NCBI GenBank assembly: GCA_964412955.1
Contig: CAYPQV010000014.1
Coordinates: 20,014-84,013, forward strand
DNA from: an uncultured Hyphomicrobiales bacterium
Lineage (GTDB): Bacteria; Pseudomonadota; Alphaproteobacteria; Rhodospirillales; 2-12-FULL-67-15
Reading direction: 5' to 3'
DNA length: 64,000 nt
Each line of letters begins with the position of its first letter. The stretch's first letter is position 1. The translations under genes and the position numbers were made by a program. Of the stretch, positions 15,487 to 25,708 are shown in pieces. Under the pieces are notes generated by a model. It was not told where the DNA came from. It ran no database searches and saw only the letters and a program-made list of their open reading frames with translations.

Positions 15487-15505
15487 ATGGAACATATAGT
15501 TCCAT
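15487..15505. promoter_or_regulatory. Putative IclR-type operator palindrome in a divergent promoter region
   Basis: ATGGAACATATAGTTCCAT has perfect 7-bp arms and resembles the TGGAA-N-TTCCA architecture of IclR boxes. It lies between the GMC oxidoreductase and iclR-family genes. Confidence 0.4.
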
Positions 15506-15619
15506 AATAGCGGTCGGCAGTATTGTTCTCCGCAACGATTGTGTCTAGCATGTTGCGGCCCGCCGACGCGATCGATCGGGACGAACAGGGCGCGCGGGAT
15601 TCGCCATCAGGTCCGTTGA

Positions 15620-17878
<2,259 letters not shown>

Positions 17879-18658
17879 ATGACCGACCCTTCCTTCCTGC
17901 GGCGCTGTTTTTCGCTCGACGGCCGCCGCGCCTTCGTCACCGGCGGCAATTCGGGCGTGGGCGCGGCGATGGCGCTGGCGCTCGGGCTGGCGGGCGCCCG
18001 TGTCGTCGTCGCCGGGCGGCGGGAAAAGGAAAACCGCGAGGCCATCGCGCGCCTCAGGCAGGCCGGAATCGAGAGCGACTCTTTTACCTGCGATCTGGCG
18101 CGCCAGGACGCGCTGCCGGATATCGGGCGGACCATCGCCGGACGTTGGCCGGATATCGAAATCCTCGTCAACGCGGCGGGAGTCAACCTGCGCGAGCCTT
18201 TCGCCGAGGTCACGCCCGAAACCTGGCAGACCCATATCGCGCTCCATCTTTCGGCCCCGTTTTTCCTGACCCAGGCGCTGGCGCCGGCGATGGCGGCGCG
18301 CGGCCGGGGACGGATCATCAATCTGGCGTCGCTGCAATCCTACCGGGCGTTCGACAACGGCGCTCCCTACGGCGCGGCCAAGGGCGGCGTGGTGCAGCTG
18401 ACCCGGGCGATCGCCCAGGAGTGGTCTTCGCGCGGAATCACCTGCAACGCCGTCGGGCCCGGCATTTTCCCGACGCCGCTGACTGATCCGGTTTTCAAGA
18501 ACGAAGCCCTGGCCGCGCATCACGCCGCGCGCACCGCCATCGGCCGAAACGGCCGTGACGAAGACCTGCACGGCGTCACCGTTTTCCTGGCCGGCGACGC
18601 CTCCGCCTACATCACCGGACAGGTGATCATGGTGGACGGCGGATACACGGCGAAGTGA
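17879..18658 (+). CDS. Short-chain dehydrogenase/reductase (HpsO-like by context)
   Basis: '[12 protein letters not shown]' (TGxxxGxG) and 'YGAAKGG' (YxxxK). The ATG abuts the upstream stop (TGAATG). Confidence 0.85.
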   Translation: MTDPSFLRRCFSLDGRRAFVTGGNSGVGAAMALALGLAGARVVVAGRREKENREAIARLRQAGIESDSFTCDLARQDALPDIGRTIAGRWPDIEILVNAAGVNLREPFAEVTPETWQTHIALHLSAPFFLTQALAPAMAARGRGRIINLASLQSYRAFDNGAPYGAAKGGVVQLTRAIAQEWSSRGITCNAVGPGIFPTPLTDPVFKNEALAAHHAARTAIGRNGRDEDLHGVTVFLAGDASAYITGQVIMVDGGYTAK

Positions 18659-18686
18659 AACGGGGACGGAACGGAATCGCGCCGCC

Positions 18687-19727
18687 ATGAAAGCCTTGGT
18701 CTACACCGCGCCCAACGAAGTTCAACTGCTCGATCGGTCGTATCCCGATCTGGCGGAGGGCGAGGCGATCGTCCGCATCGAGGCGGTGGGCATCTGCGGG
18801 TCGGACATGCATGCGTATCACGGGCACGATCCACGCCGGAAGCCCGGCCTCGTGCTGGGGCACGAGTTTTCGGGGATTGTCGCGGACTCGGCAGACCAAA
18901 CCCTCAAGCCCGGCGCGCGCGTGACCGGCAATCCCCTGATCGTGTGCGGGCAGTGCGAATACTGCCGGCAGGGTCGGGACAATCTGTGCGCCCGCCGCAC
19001 CATGGTCGGCATGAACCGGCCGGGAGCCTTCGCCGAATACATGAGCATTCCGGCGGCGGCGCTGATCCCGGTTCCGGACGACCTCGACCTGACCAAGGCG
19101 GCGTTGGCCGAACCGGCGGCGACGGCGCTGCACGCGGTCGACCTTTCGGTTCGCCACCTGGTCAAGCCGTTGGCCGATTGCCGCGTCCTGATCCTGGGCG
19201 GCGGCGCGATCGGGCTTTTGAGCGCGCTTCTCCTCAAGAGCCGCGGCGTGACGCGCCTCGACGTGGCCGAGGTCAACCCCGAAAGGCGGGCGCGGCTGCA
19301 GGCCGTCACCGGATACCCCGCTCACGATCCGAAGGAAACGCCGCCGGCCGAGTCCGGCGCGGACTACGTGATCGACGCGGTCGGATCGGCGGGCACGCGC
19401 AAGGCGGCGCTTCATGCCGTCCGTCCCGGCGGGGTGGTGATGCATATCGGGTTGCAGGACTGGGCCAGCGAAATCGACATGCGCAAGCTGACCTTGGCCG
19501 AGATCGCTCTTCTCGGCACTTACACCTATTCGACGGCGGATTTGCGCGAAACGGTGGCGGCGATCGCGCGCGACGACTTCGGCGACCTTTCGTGGATCGA
19601 AGCCCGTCCGCTGTCCGAGGGGCCGACGGCCTTCGCGGATTTGCATCACGCCCGGGTGTCGTCGGCGAAGATCGTTCTTCTTCCGCACGAGGCCGGCCTT
19701 CGCAGGGGCTCGGCCTCGTCATGGTGA
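18687..19727 (+). CDS. Zn-dependent medium-chain alcohol dehydrogenase (HpsP-like by context)
   Basis: 'GICGSDMHAYHG', 'GHEFSG' and 'CGQCEYCRQG' zinc motifs, plus the 'ILGGGAIG' NAD fold. Confidence 0.85.
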   Translation: MKALVYTAPNEVQLLDRSYPDLAEGEAIVRIEAVGICGSDMHAYHGHDPRRKPGLVLGHEFSGIVADSADQTLKPGARVTGNPLIVCGQCEYCRQGRDNLCARRTMVGMNRPGAFAEYMSIPAAALIPVPDDLDLTKAALAEPAATALHAVDLSVRHLVKPLADCRVLILGGGAIGLLSALLLKSRGVTRLDVAEVNPERRARLQAVTGYPAHDPKETPPAESGADYVIDAVGSAGTRKAALHAVRPGGVVMHIGLQDWASEIDMRKLTLAEIALLGTYTYSTADLRETVAAIARDDFGDLSWIEARPLSEGPTAFADLHHARVSSAKIVLLPHEAGLRRGSASSW

Positions 19728-20443
19728 TGGAACATTGGCCATGGTTTTTGATCATCGCGATTGCGGCCGGACTGGTGCGGGGGTTGACCGGGTTCGGCGG
19801 CGCAATGGTGATGACGCTTCCCCTGGCGTGGCTTCTCCCGCCGGGGGAGGCCATTTCCGTCGTGTTGCTGATGGAGAGCATCGCCGCCGCGCCGTTGCTT
19901 CGCCGCGCGTACGCCGATTGCTCGGGAAAGACGTTGGTGCCGATTTGCGTGTTCGCCGCCGTTTTTCTGCCGTTCGGCGTCATGGCCCAGTCGCGGATGG
20001 ACCCGGACACGGTTCGGACCGGCATTGCGCTGTTGGTCCTGGTTTTTTCCGTGCTGTTGATGTTCGGAGTCGGAATCCGGAACGCGCCGCCGCGCTGGGT
20101 TTCCGGCGTGGTGGGAAGCGTGGGCGGGTTTCTGATGGGCTCGACCGCGATCGGCGGCCCGATCGTCGTGCTCTATCTCATGGCGTTGAAGGATTCGCCC
20201 GAGGTCGCGCGGGCCAATCTCATGATCTACATTACGTTCGTCGCCAGCTTCGGGCTCCTGATTCTGATCTTGAACGGGGCCGTCGGCCGATCGGGGCTTT
20301 ATCTGATGTTGCTGATGACGCCGATTTACCTGGTCGGCGGATTCAGCGGCGAGCGTCTGGCCCGCAGTCTGCCGGTGAACGCCCTCCGTCGCTTCACGCT
20401 CTCGTTCCTGGCGCTTTCGGGAATGGTGTCCCTATTCCTCTGA
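19721..20443 (+). CDS. TSUP-family membrane transporter (TauE/SafE sulfite exporter family)
   Basis: Polytopic membrane protein with 'GLTGFGGA' and duplicated 4-TM halves. It overlaps the ADH stop by 7 nt. Confidence 0.8.
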   Translation: MVMEHWPWFLIIAIAAGLVRGLTGFGGAMVMTLPLAWLLPPGEAISVVLLMESIAAAPLLRRAYADCSGKTLVPICVFAAVFLPFGVMAQSRMDPDTVRTGIALLVLVFSVLLMFGVGIRNAPPRWVSGVVGSVGGFLMGSTAIGGPIVVLYLMALKDSPEVARANLMIYITFVASFGLLILILNGAVGRSGLYLMLLMTPIYLVGGFSGERLARSLPVNALRRFTLSFLALSGMVSLFL

Positions 20444-20572
20444 CGGAGTTGCGAATATGCAACCTCACATATGAATCCGCGTTTCGGGAAAGGAGGCCGA
20501 TGACCAGAACGTTCGTTGCGAGTGCGTATCCCATGCGAGTACCATGAAACCTCTAACCACAGGGAGATCAAC

Positions 20573-21694
20573 ATGAAACTGTTGAAAGCGATATGCGCGC
20601 TATTGGTGGGGGCCGGCCTTATGGCCGCCCCGGATTTTGCCGCCGCGCAAGGCAAAGCGGTCAAAATCCGCGTTCAATCGGTCATTCCGACGTCGGCCGA
20701 CGAAGTGACGATGCTGAAAGACTTCGCCAAGGACGTCGCCGATCTGACCAACAACTCGGTCCAATTCGAGGTTCTGCCGGCGGGCGCGGTCGTGGCCGTC
20801 GCCGACACCTTGGATGCGGTCGACAAGGGCCTGATCGAGGGCGGCTTCGCCTGGACCCACTATTGGTCGGGCAAGCATCCGGCGGCGACGCTGTTCGGAT
20901 CGCCCGCGGCGGGATCCGGCGTCGGCATGGACAACTTTGCCTGGTTGTCCTGGTACCTTTACGGCGGCGGCCAGCAGCTTTACGACCAGCTGTGGAAGGA
21001 AATGAAGGTCAACGTGAAGGGATTCATGCTCCAGCCGGTCGGGCCCGAGGCGCTGGGCTGGTTCAAGAACCCGATCACCAGCATGGATGACTTCCGCAAG
21101 CTTCGCTTCCGCACGCCGCCGGGCATCCCGGGCCAGATCTATAAGGATATCGGCGTGGCTTCCGTGGCGATGGGCGGCGGCGACATCCTGCCGGGCCTGG
21201 AAAAAGGCGTGATCGACGCGGCCGAATGGTGTTGCCCCAAGCCGGACATGACCTTCGGATTCCAGAAGGTTCTCAAGAACTACTATCTCGAGGGCCTTCA
21301 CCAGGTGGTCGTGAACGCCGATCTCTACCTTAACGGCGATGTCTGGAAGAAACTGACGCCCGGCCAGCAGAAGGCGGTCGAGGTGGCGGCCAACGCGTCG
21401 TTGACCAAGTCGGTGGCCTATCGCATCCACGAAAACGGCAAGGCCCTGCAGGAATTGACGACCAAGCACGGCGTCATCCTGCGCGACACGCCCCCCGAGT
21501 ACTTCAAGCTGTATGGCGAAGCGGCGCTGAAGAACTTCGAGAAGAACGCGAACGAAAACGCGTTCTTCAAGAAAGTCTGGGACAGCCAGAAGGCGTTCGC
21601 CGACACGGCCATCCCGTTCTGGGCGCGCGCCCAGAAATCGAACGCGGCGCTCGGCACCGCCTACGCCGACGTTCTCGCCAAGAAGGGCAAATAA
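20573..21694 (+). CDS. TRAP transporter substrate-binding protein (DctP family)
   Basis: Signal peptide 'MKLLKAICALLVGAGLMAAPDFAAAQG' with GGGAG upstream of the ATG. DctP-like periplasmic domain, followed by Q and M genes. Confidence 0.85.
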   Translation: MKLLKAICALLVGAGLMAAPDFAAAQGKAVKIRVQSVIPTSADEVTMLKDFAKDVADLTNNSVQFEVLPAGAVVAVADTLDAVDKGLIEGGFAWTHYWSGKHPAATLFGSPAAGSGVGMDNFAWLSWYLYGGGQQLYDQLWKEMKVNVKGFMLQPVGPEALGWFKNPITSMDDFRKLRFRTPPGIPGQIYKDIGVASVAMGGGDILPGLEKGVIDAAEWCCPKPDMTFGFQKVLKNYYLEGLHQVVVNADLYLNGDVWKKLTPGQQKAVEVAANASLTKSVAYRIHENGKALQELTTKHGVILRDTPPEYFKLYGEAALKNFEKNANENAFFKKVWDSQKAFADTAIPFWARAQKSNAALGTAYADVLAKKGK

Positions 21695-21712
21695 CCGCGA
21701 TTTGAAGAGTGC

Positions 21713-21745
21713 AAGGAGGGCGGCGGGCGCCGCCCTCCTTCTTTT
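21713..21745 (+). terminator. Intra-operon hairpin/attenuator after the TRAP binding-protein gene
   Basis: AAGGAGGGCGGC-GGGC-GCCGCCCTCCTT followed by CTTTTC. Confidence 0.55.
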
Positions 21746-21759
21746 CGCAAGGAATTCGC

Positions 21760-22368
21760 ATGACCGAACATTTCGAACCCATGGACGAAATGATCGCGGG
21801 CCGGCGCGCCGGCGATCCCAATCATCTTCCGGATGATATGCCGGTGTGGATGCGGCATGCCATCGCCAGGATCGACCATTTTTCCATTTTGACCGGCAAG
21901 GTCATCTGCTGGCTGTCGATTCCGCTGATGGCGGGAATGGTCTATGAAATCACCGCGCGCTATTTATTCACCGCGCCGACGGATTGGGCCTACGACATCA
22001 GCCGGATGCTGTACGGCGCCATGTTCGTTCTCGGCGCCGGGTATGCCCTGCAGAAGGGCGTGCATATCCGCTCCGACTTCCTGTATCGGGACTGGCCGGT
22101 CCGGACGCAGGCTAGGGTCGACCTGGCCATGTATATCGTTCTCTATTTTCCGACCATGATCGTGCTTATGTGGTTCTCCGGTGACTGGGCGTGGACTTCG
22201 CTCGTGCGCGCGGAACGGGGCATGGATACCACGTGGATGCCTTACCTGGGCCCGATCAAGCTATGCCTGCCGATCGGGGTTCTGGGATTGACCATTCAAG
22301 GGGTTTCGGAGGTTTTGAAGGCCGCTTACGCCTCCAAGCATGGGAGGTGGCCCGGCTATGGAGACTGA
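21760..22368 (+). CDS. TRAP transporter small permease (DctQ family)
   Basis: Four hydrophobic segments. Its position is between the P and M subunit genes. Start at MTEHFEP. Confidence 0.8.
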   Translation: MTEHFEPMDEMIAGRRAGDPNHLPDDMPVWMRHAIARIDHFSILTGKVICWLSIPLMAGMVYEITARYLFTAPTDWAYDISRMLYGAMFVLGAGYALQKGVHIRSDFLYRDWPVRTQARVDLAMYIVLYFPTMIVLMWFSGDWAWTSLVRAERGMDTTWMPYLGPIKLCLPIGVLGLTIQGVSEVLKAAYASKHGRWPGYGD

Positions 22369-23674
22369 AATCATCGGCTTGCTCATGGTCGTCGCCATGC
22401 TGGGCGGGATCTTCATCGGATTTCCCATTTCGTTCGTTCTGATTTTCCTGGGAATCGTTTTCGGTTATTGGGGATTCGGGCAGGTGGTTTTCTACCTGCT
22501 CACCCTGCAGTTCTACTCGTCCATGGTGGAACAAACATTGGCGGCCGTGCCGTTGTTCGTGTTCATGGGTGTGATGATGGAACAGGCCAACCTGATGGAA
22601 CGTCTGTTCAATTCGATCCAGAAGCTGCTCGCCAGGGTGCGCGGATCGCTTTATCTCGCGGTCATGTTCGTGGCGACGATATTCGCCGCGGCGACGGGCA
22701 TCGTCGGCGCCTCGGTCACCATCCTGGGGATCATGTCGGGCAAGCCGATGATCCGCTCGAAATACGACGTCAAGCTGTCCGCCGGGTTGATCGCCGCCGG
22801 CGGGACGCTGGGCATTCTCATTCCGCCGTCGATCATGCTGGTGGTCATGGGGCCGATCCTCCAGGTTCCGGTGACGACCTTGTTTACGGCGGCGATCCTG
22901 CCCGGCATCCTTCTCGCGGTGCTGTTCACGGCCTATGCCATGATCCGCTGTTGGATCAACCCCACTCTCGGCCCTCCGTTGCCGCCCGAGGAGCATTTGA
23001 AGGACTTCCGCGAGGCCTGGATCGAGTTCTTCAAGGGGTTGGTGCCGCCGGCGCTGCTGGTCCTGGCGGCGTTGGGAAGCATCATCTTCGGGATAGCGAC
23101 GCCGACCGAAGGCGCCGCGTGCGGCGCGGCGGGCGCCCTTCTGCTGTGCGCGGGCTACGGGCGCCTGACGATGGAAAATCTGACGGACGCGTTGATCAAG
23201 ACGCTCGAGATTTCGGTGCTGATCTTGTTCCTGGTCGGGGCGTCGAATTTCTTCGGCGCGGTGTTCGCCCGGCTCGGCACCCCGGGCATGCTGGTGGATT
23301 TCCTGCTGGGGCTGAATCTGAACCGCTACGTCATCCTGGCGATCGTCATGGTCGTCATTTTCCTGCTGGCGTGGCCGCTGGAATGGGTTCCGATCGTCCT
23401 GATCGTGGTGCCGTTCCTGATCCCGCTCATGGAAAAGCTGGGCTTCGACCTCGCGTGGTTCGGAATCCTGGTCGCGGTCAATCTCCAGACCGCGTGGTTG
23501 TCGCCGCCGGTCGCGTTGTCGGCCTACTTTCTGAAAGGGGTCATCCCGGAATGGGATCTCGGGGAAATATACAGGGGCATGTCCCAGTTCATGGTTCTGC
23601 AGTTGCTGGGACTGGTCCTGGTGATCGTCTTCCCCGGGATCGCCTTGTGGCTGCCCGCGGTGTTGTCCAAATAG
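22358..23674 (+). CDS. TRAP transporter large permease (DctM family)
   Basis: Polytopic protein of about 440 aa. The ATG overlaps the dctQ stop (ATGGAGACTGA). Confidence 0.9.
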   Translation: METEIIGLLMVVAMLGGIFIGFPISFVLIFLGIVFGYWGFGQVVFYLLTLQFYSSMVEQTLAAVPLFVFMGVMMEQANLMERLFNSIQKLLARVRGSLYLAVMFVATIFAAATGIVGASVTILGIMSGKPMIRSKYDVKLSAGLIAAGGTLGILIPPSIMLVVMGPILQVPVTTLFTAAILPGILLAVLFTAYAMIRCWINPTLGPPLPPEEHLKDFREAWIEFFKGLVPPALLVLAALGSIIFGIATPTEGAACGAAGALLLCAGYGRLTMENLTDALIKTLEISVLILFLVGASNFFGAVFARLGTPGMLVDFLLGLNLNRYVILAIVMVVIFLLAWPLEWVPIVLIVVPFLIPLMEKLGFDLAWFGILVAVNLQTAWLSPPVALSAYFLKGVIPEWDLGEIYRGMSQFMVLQLLGLVLVIVFPGIALWLPAVLSK

Positions 23675-23701
23675 GCGGATGGCGCCGTAAAATATGCCAA
23701 G

Positions 23702-23737
23702 AAAAAACGCCGCCGGCCCCGTCAGGGACCGGCGGCG
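23702..23737 (-). terminator. Rho-independent terminator of cspA
   Basis: On the minus strand: CGCCGCCGGTCCC-TGAC-GGGGCCGGCGGCG followed by TTTTTT. Confidence 0.65.
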
Positions 23738-23762
23738 CTTCGGTTCGCGCCCGAAGGGAGAG

Positions 23763-23966
23763 TTACTCGACCTTCAGGTTGGTCGCGGCGGTTTTGCCCC
23801 GCTCGGTCGTCAGATCGTAGACGACCTTCTGGCCTTCGCGCAGGGTATCGAGTCCCGCGCGTTGCACGGCGGTGATGTGGACGAAAACGTCCTTGCCGCC
23901 GTCACCCGGCTGGATGAAGCCGTAGCCTTTGCTGGGGTTGAACCACTTGACAGTGCCGCTAGACAT
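23763..23966 (-). CDS. cspA: Cold-shock protein (CspA family)
   Basis: '[12 protein letters not shown]' (RNP1) and 'VFVHI' (RNP2); 67 aa. Confidence 0.95.
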   Translation of the reverse strand: MSSGTVKWFNPSKGYGFIQPGDGGKDVFVHITAVQRAGLDTLREGQKVVYDLTTERGKTAATNLKVE

Positions 23967-24240
23967 AGCTGGCCTCCTTTAAGCACGTGTTGAGACAAGC
24001 GCCCGCGCGGAACTCCGCGCGGTCACGAACAATCCGGATTTGTGGGGAGTGACTTGAAGTGTGAGCCATTCGGTGGACGCGGTGCGTCTCTCAAGGCGGG
24101 CTGCAAGGCAGGCCAAAATCACGATTGCCGCGGGGCAGGGGACACCATTTGTTCCATCGAGTCAAGCTCTTCCAAGCCCGTCGTTTCGCTCCGAATAAAA
24201 TTTCTTTTTGTTTCAGCCGGTTATCGGATAAGTGGCGAGT

Positions 24241-25596
24241 TCAAACGGCGCGCGAATGACGCGCCTTGCCGGTCGAAAGATAGGTATCGAATATCGCGGC
24301 GATAGTGCGCATGAATGGCCGGCCGGTTTCGGTGAGGCGTACGACCGATCCCGAAACCTCCGCCAGCCCGTCCTCGACCATGGGCCCGAGCGCCTCGACG
24401 TCGGGGGCCAGCGCGTCCTCGGCGAACCCGCGGGCGCGGCAGAGGGCCGCGAGGTCGACGCGCATGTCGCACATCAAGCGCTCGATGGCCGCCCGCCGCA
24501 ATCGGTCCTCCGGCGTGAGTTCGATGCCGCGATGGACGGCGAGCCGGCCGGCCGCGATCGCCTCGTCGTACTCGTGGAAGGGCACGGCGTTCTGGACGTA
24601 GCCTTGCGGAAACTGCCCGATGGCGGAGGTGCCGAATCCGATCAGGATATCCGCCGGATCGTCGGTGTAGCCCTGGAAGTTCCGCTTGAGCCGCCCGTCG
24701 TCGAGCGCGCGGGCCAGCGCGTCGCCCGGCTTGGCGAAATGGTCGAGACCGATCGGGCGGTAACCGCGCGCCGCGAGCGTCTCGGCCATGGTCAGGGCCT
24801 GCGCCAGGCGCTCGCGCGCGCCGGGCAACGCGCTTTCCGGGATCATCTTCTGGTGGGTTTTCATCCACGGCACGTGCGCGTAGCCGAAGACCGCGAGCCG
24901 GTCCGGTTGCAGGGACGCGGCCAACTCCGCCGTGCGCCGCGCGTCGGCGTCGGTCTGATGGGGAAGCCCGTACATCAAGTCCATGTTGAGCGCGTCGATC
25001 CCGGCGCCGCGCAAGGCCTCCGCCGCCTCGGCGACCTTGGCGAACGGCTGAACGCGGTTGATCGCCCTCTGGATATGGTCGTTGAAATCCTGCGCGCCCA
25101 GGCTCGCCCGCGTCACGCCCGTCGCCGCCAGCGCGCGCACGCGCGGCAAATCGAGGGTGCGGGGATCGGCCTCGACCGCGATTTCGGCATCGGGCCGGAC
25201 GTCGAAATGCCCGCGCAAGACGTCCATCAGGCGGAGAAAATCGTCGGCCGCGAGCTGCGTCGGCGTGCCGCCGCCCCAATGGACGTGCCCGACCGCAATC
25301 CGGCGCCCGGCGATTCCGGCGACGAGCGCGATTTCGCGCGCGAGTCGGGCGGCGTAATCGGCAATCGGGGCGTAGCGGGCGGCGACCTTGGTGTGGCAGC
25401 CGCAGTACCAGCACATCTCGGCGCAGAACGGCACGTGCAGATAAAGCGAAACAACCGCGTCCGCCGGCAGCGCCTCGATCCAGCGCCGGTAATGTTCCGC
25501 GCCCACCCCGGCGTGGAAGTGCGGCGCGGTCGGATAGCTGGTGTAGCGCGGCACCGGCCGGTCGTAGCGTTCGGAAAGATGCGGAGCGATGTCCAT
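24241..25596 (-). CDS. hemN: Oxygen-independent coproporphyrinogen III oxidase (radical SAM)
   Basis: 'PRYTSYPTA' and the radical-SAM motif 'CAEMCWYCGC'. Confidence 0.9.
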   Translation of the reverse strand: MDIAPHLSERYDRPVPRYTSYPTAPHFHAGVGAEHYRRWIEALPADAVVSLYLHVPFCAEMCWYCGCHTKVAARYAPIADYAARLAREIALVAGIAGRRIAVGHVHWGGGTPTQLAADDFLRLMDVLRGHFDVRPDAEIAVEADPRTLDLPRVRALAATGVTRASLGAQDFNDHIQRAINRVQPFAKVAEAAEALRGAGIDALNMDLMYGLPHQTDADARRTAELAASLQPDRLAVFGYAHVPWMKTHQKMIPESALPGARERLAQALTMAETLAARGYRPIGLDHFAKPGDALARALDDGRLKRNFQGYTDDPADILIGFGTSAIGQFPQGYVQNAVPFHEYDEAIAAGRLAVHRGIELTPEDRLRRAAIERLMCDMRVDLAALCRARGFAEDALAPDVEALGPMVEDGLAEVSGSVVRLTETGRPFMRTIAAIFDTYLSTGKARHSRAV

Positions 25597-25629
25597 GAAG
25601 CGAGGCTACCAACGGTGCGCGAACGGGCC

Positions 25630-25643
25630 TTGACGGGGGTCAA
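25630..25643. promoter_or_regulatory. FNR/FixK-type anaerobox upstream of hemN
   Basis: TTGACGGGGGTCAA matches TTGA-N6-TCAA. It is centred about 40 nt upstream of the hemN ATG. Confidence 0.5.
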
Positions 25644-25708
25644 AATCGGCGGATGGGGTGGGCCGTCATAATCGGAGAAACGGGCGCTTTTTCAAGCTGT
25701 TATCGCGG

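Noticed and set aside
13779-15495. 566-aa plus-strand and 570-aa minus-strand ORFs
   Set aside because: These are shadow frames of the GMC oxidoreductase gene (13848-15449, minus strand), which carries the FAD-binding and GMC signature motifs.
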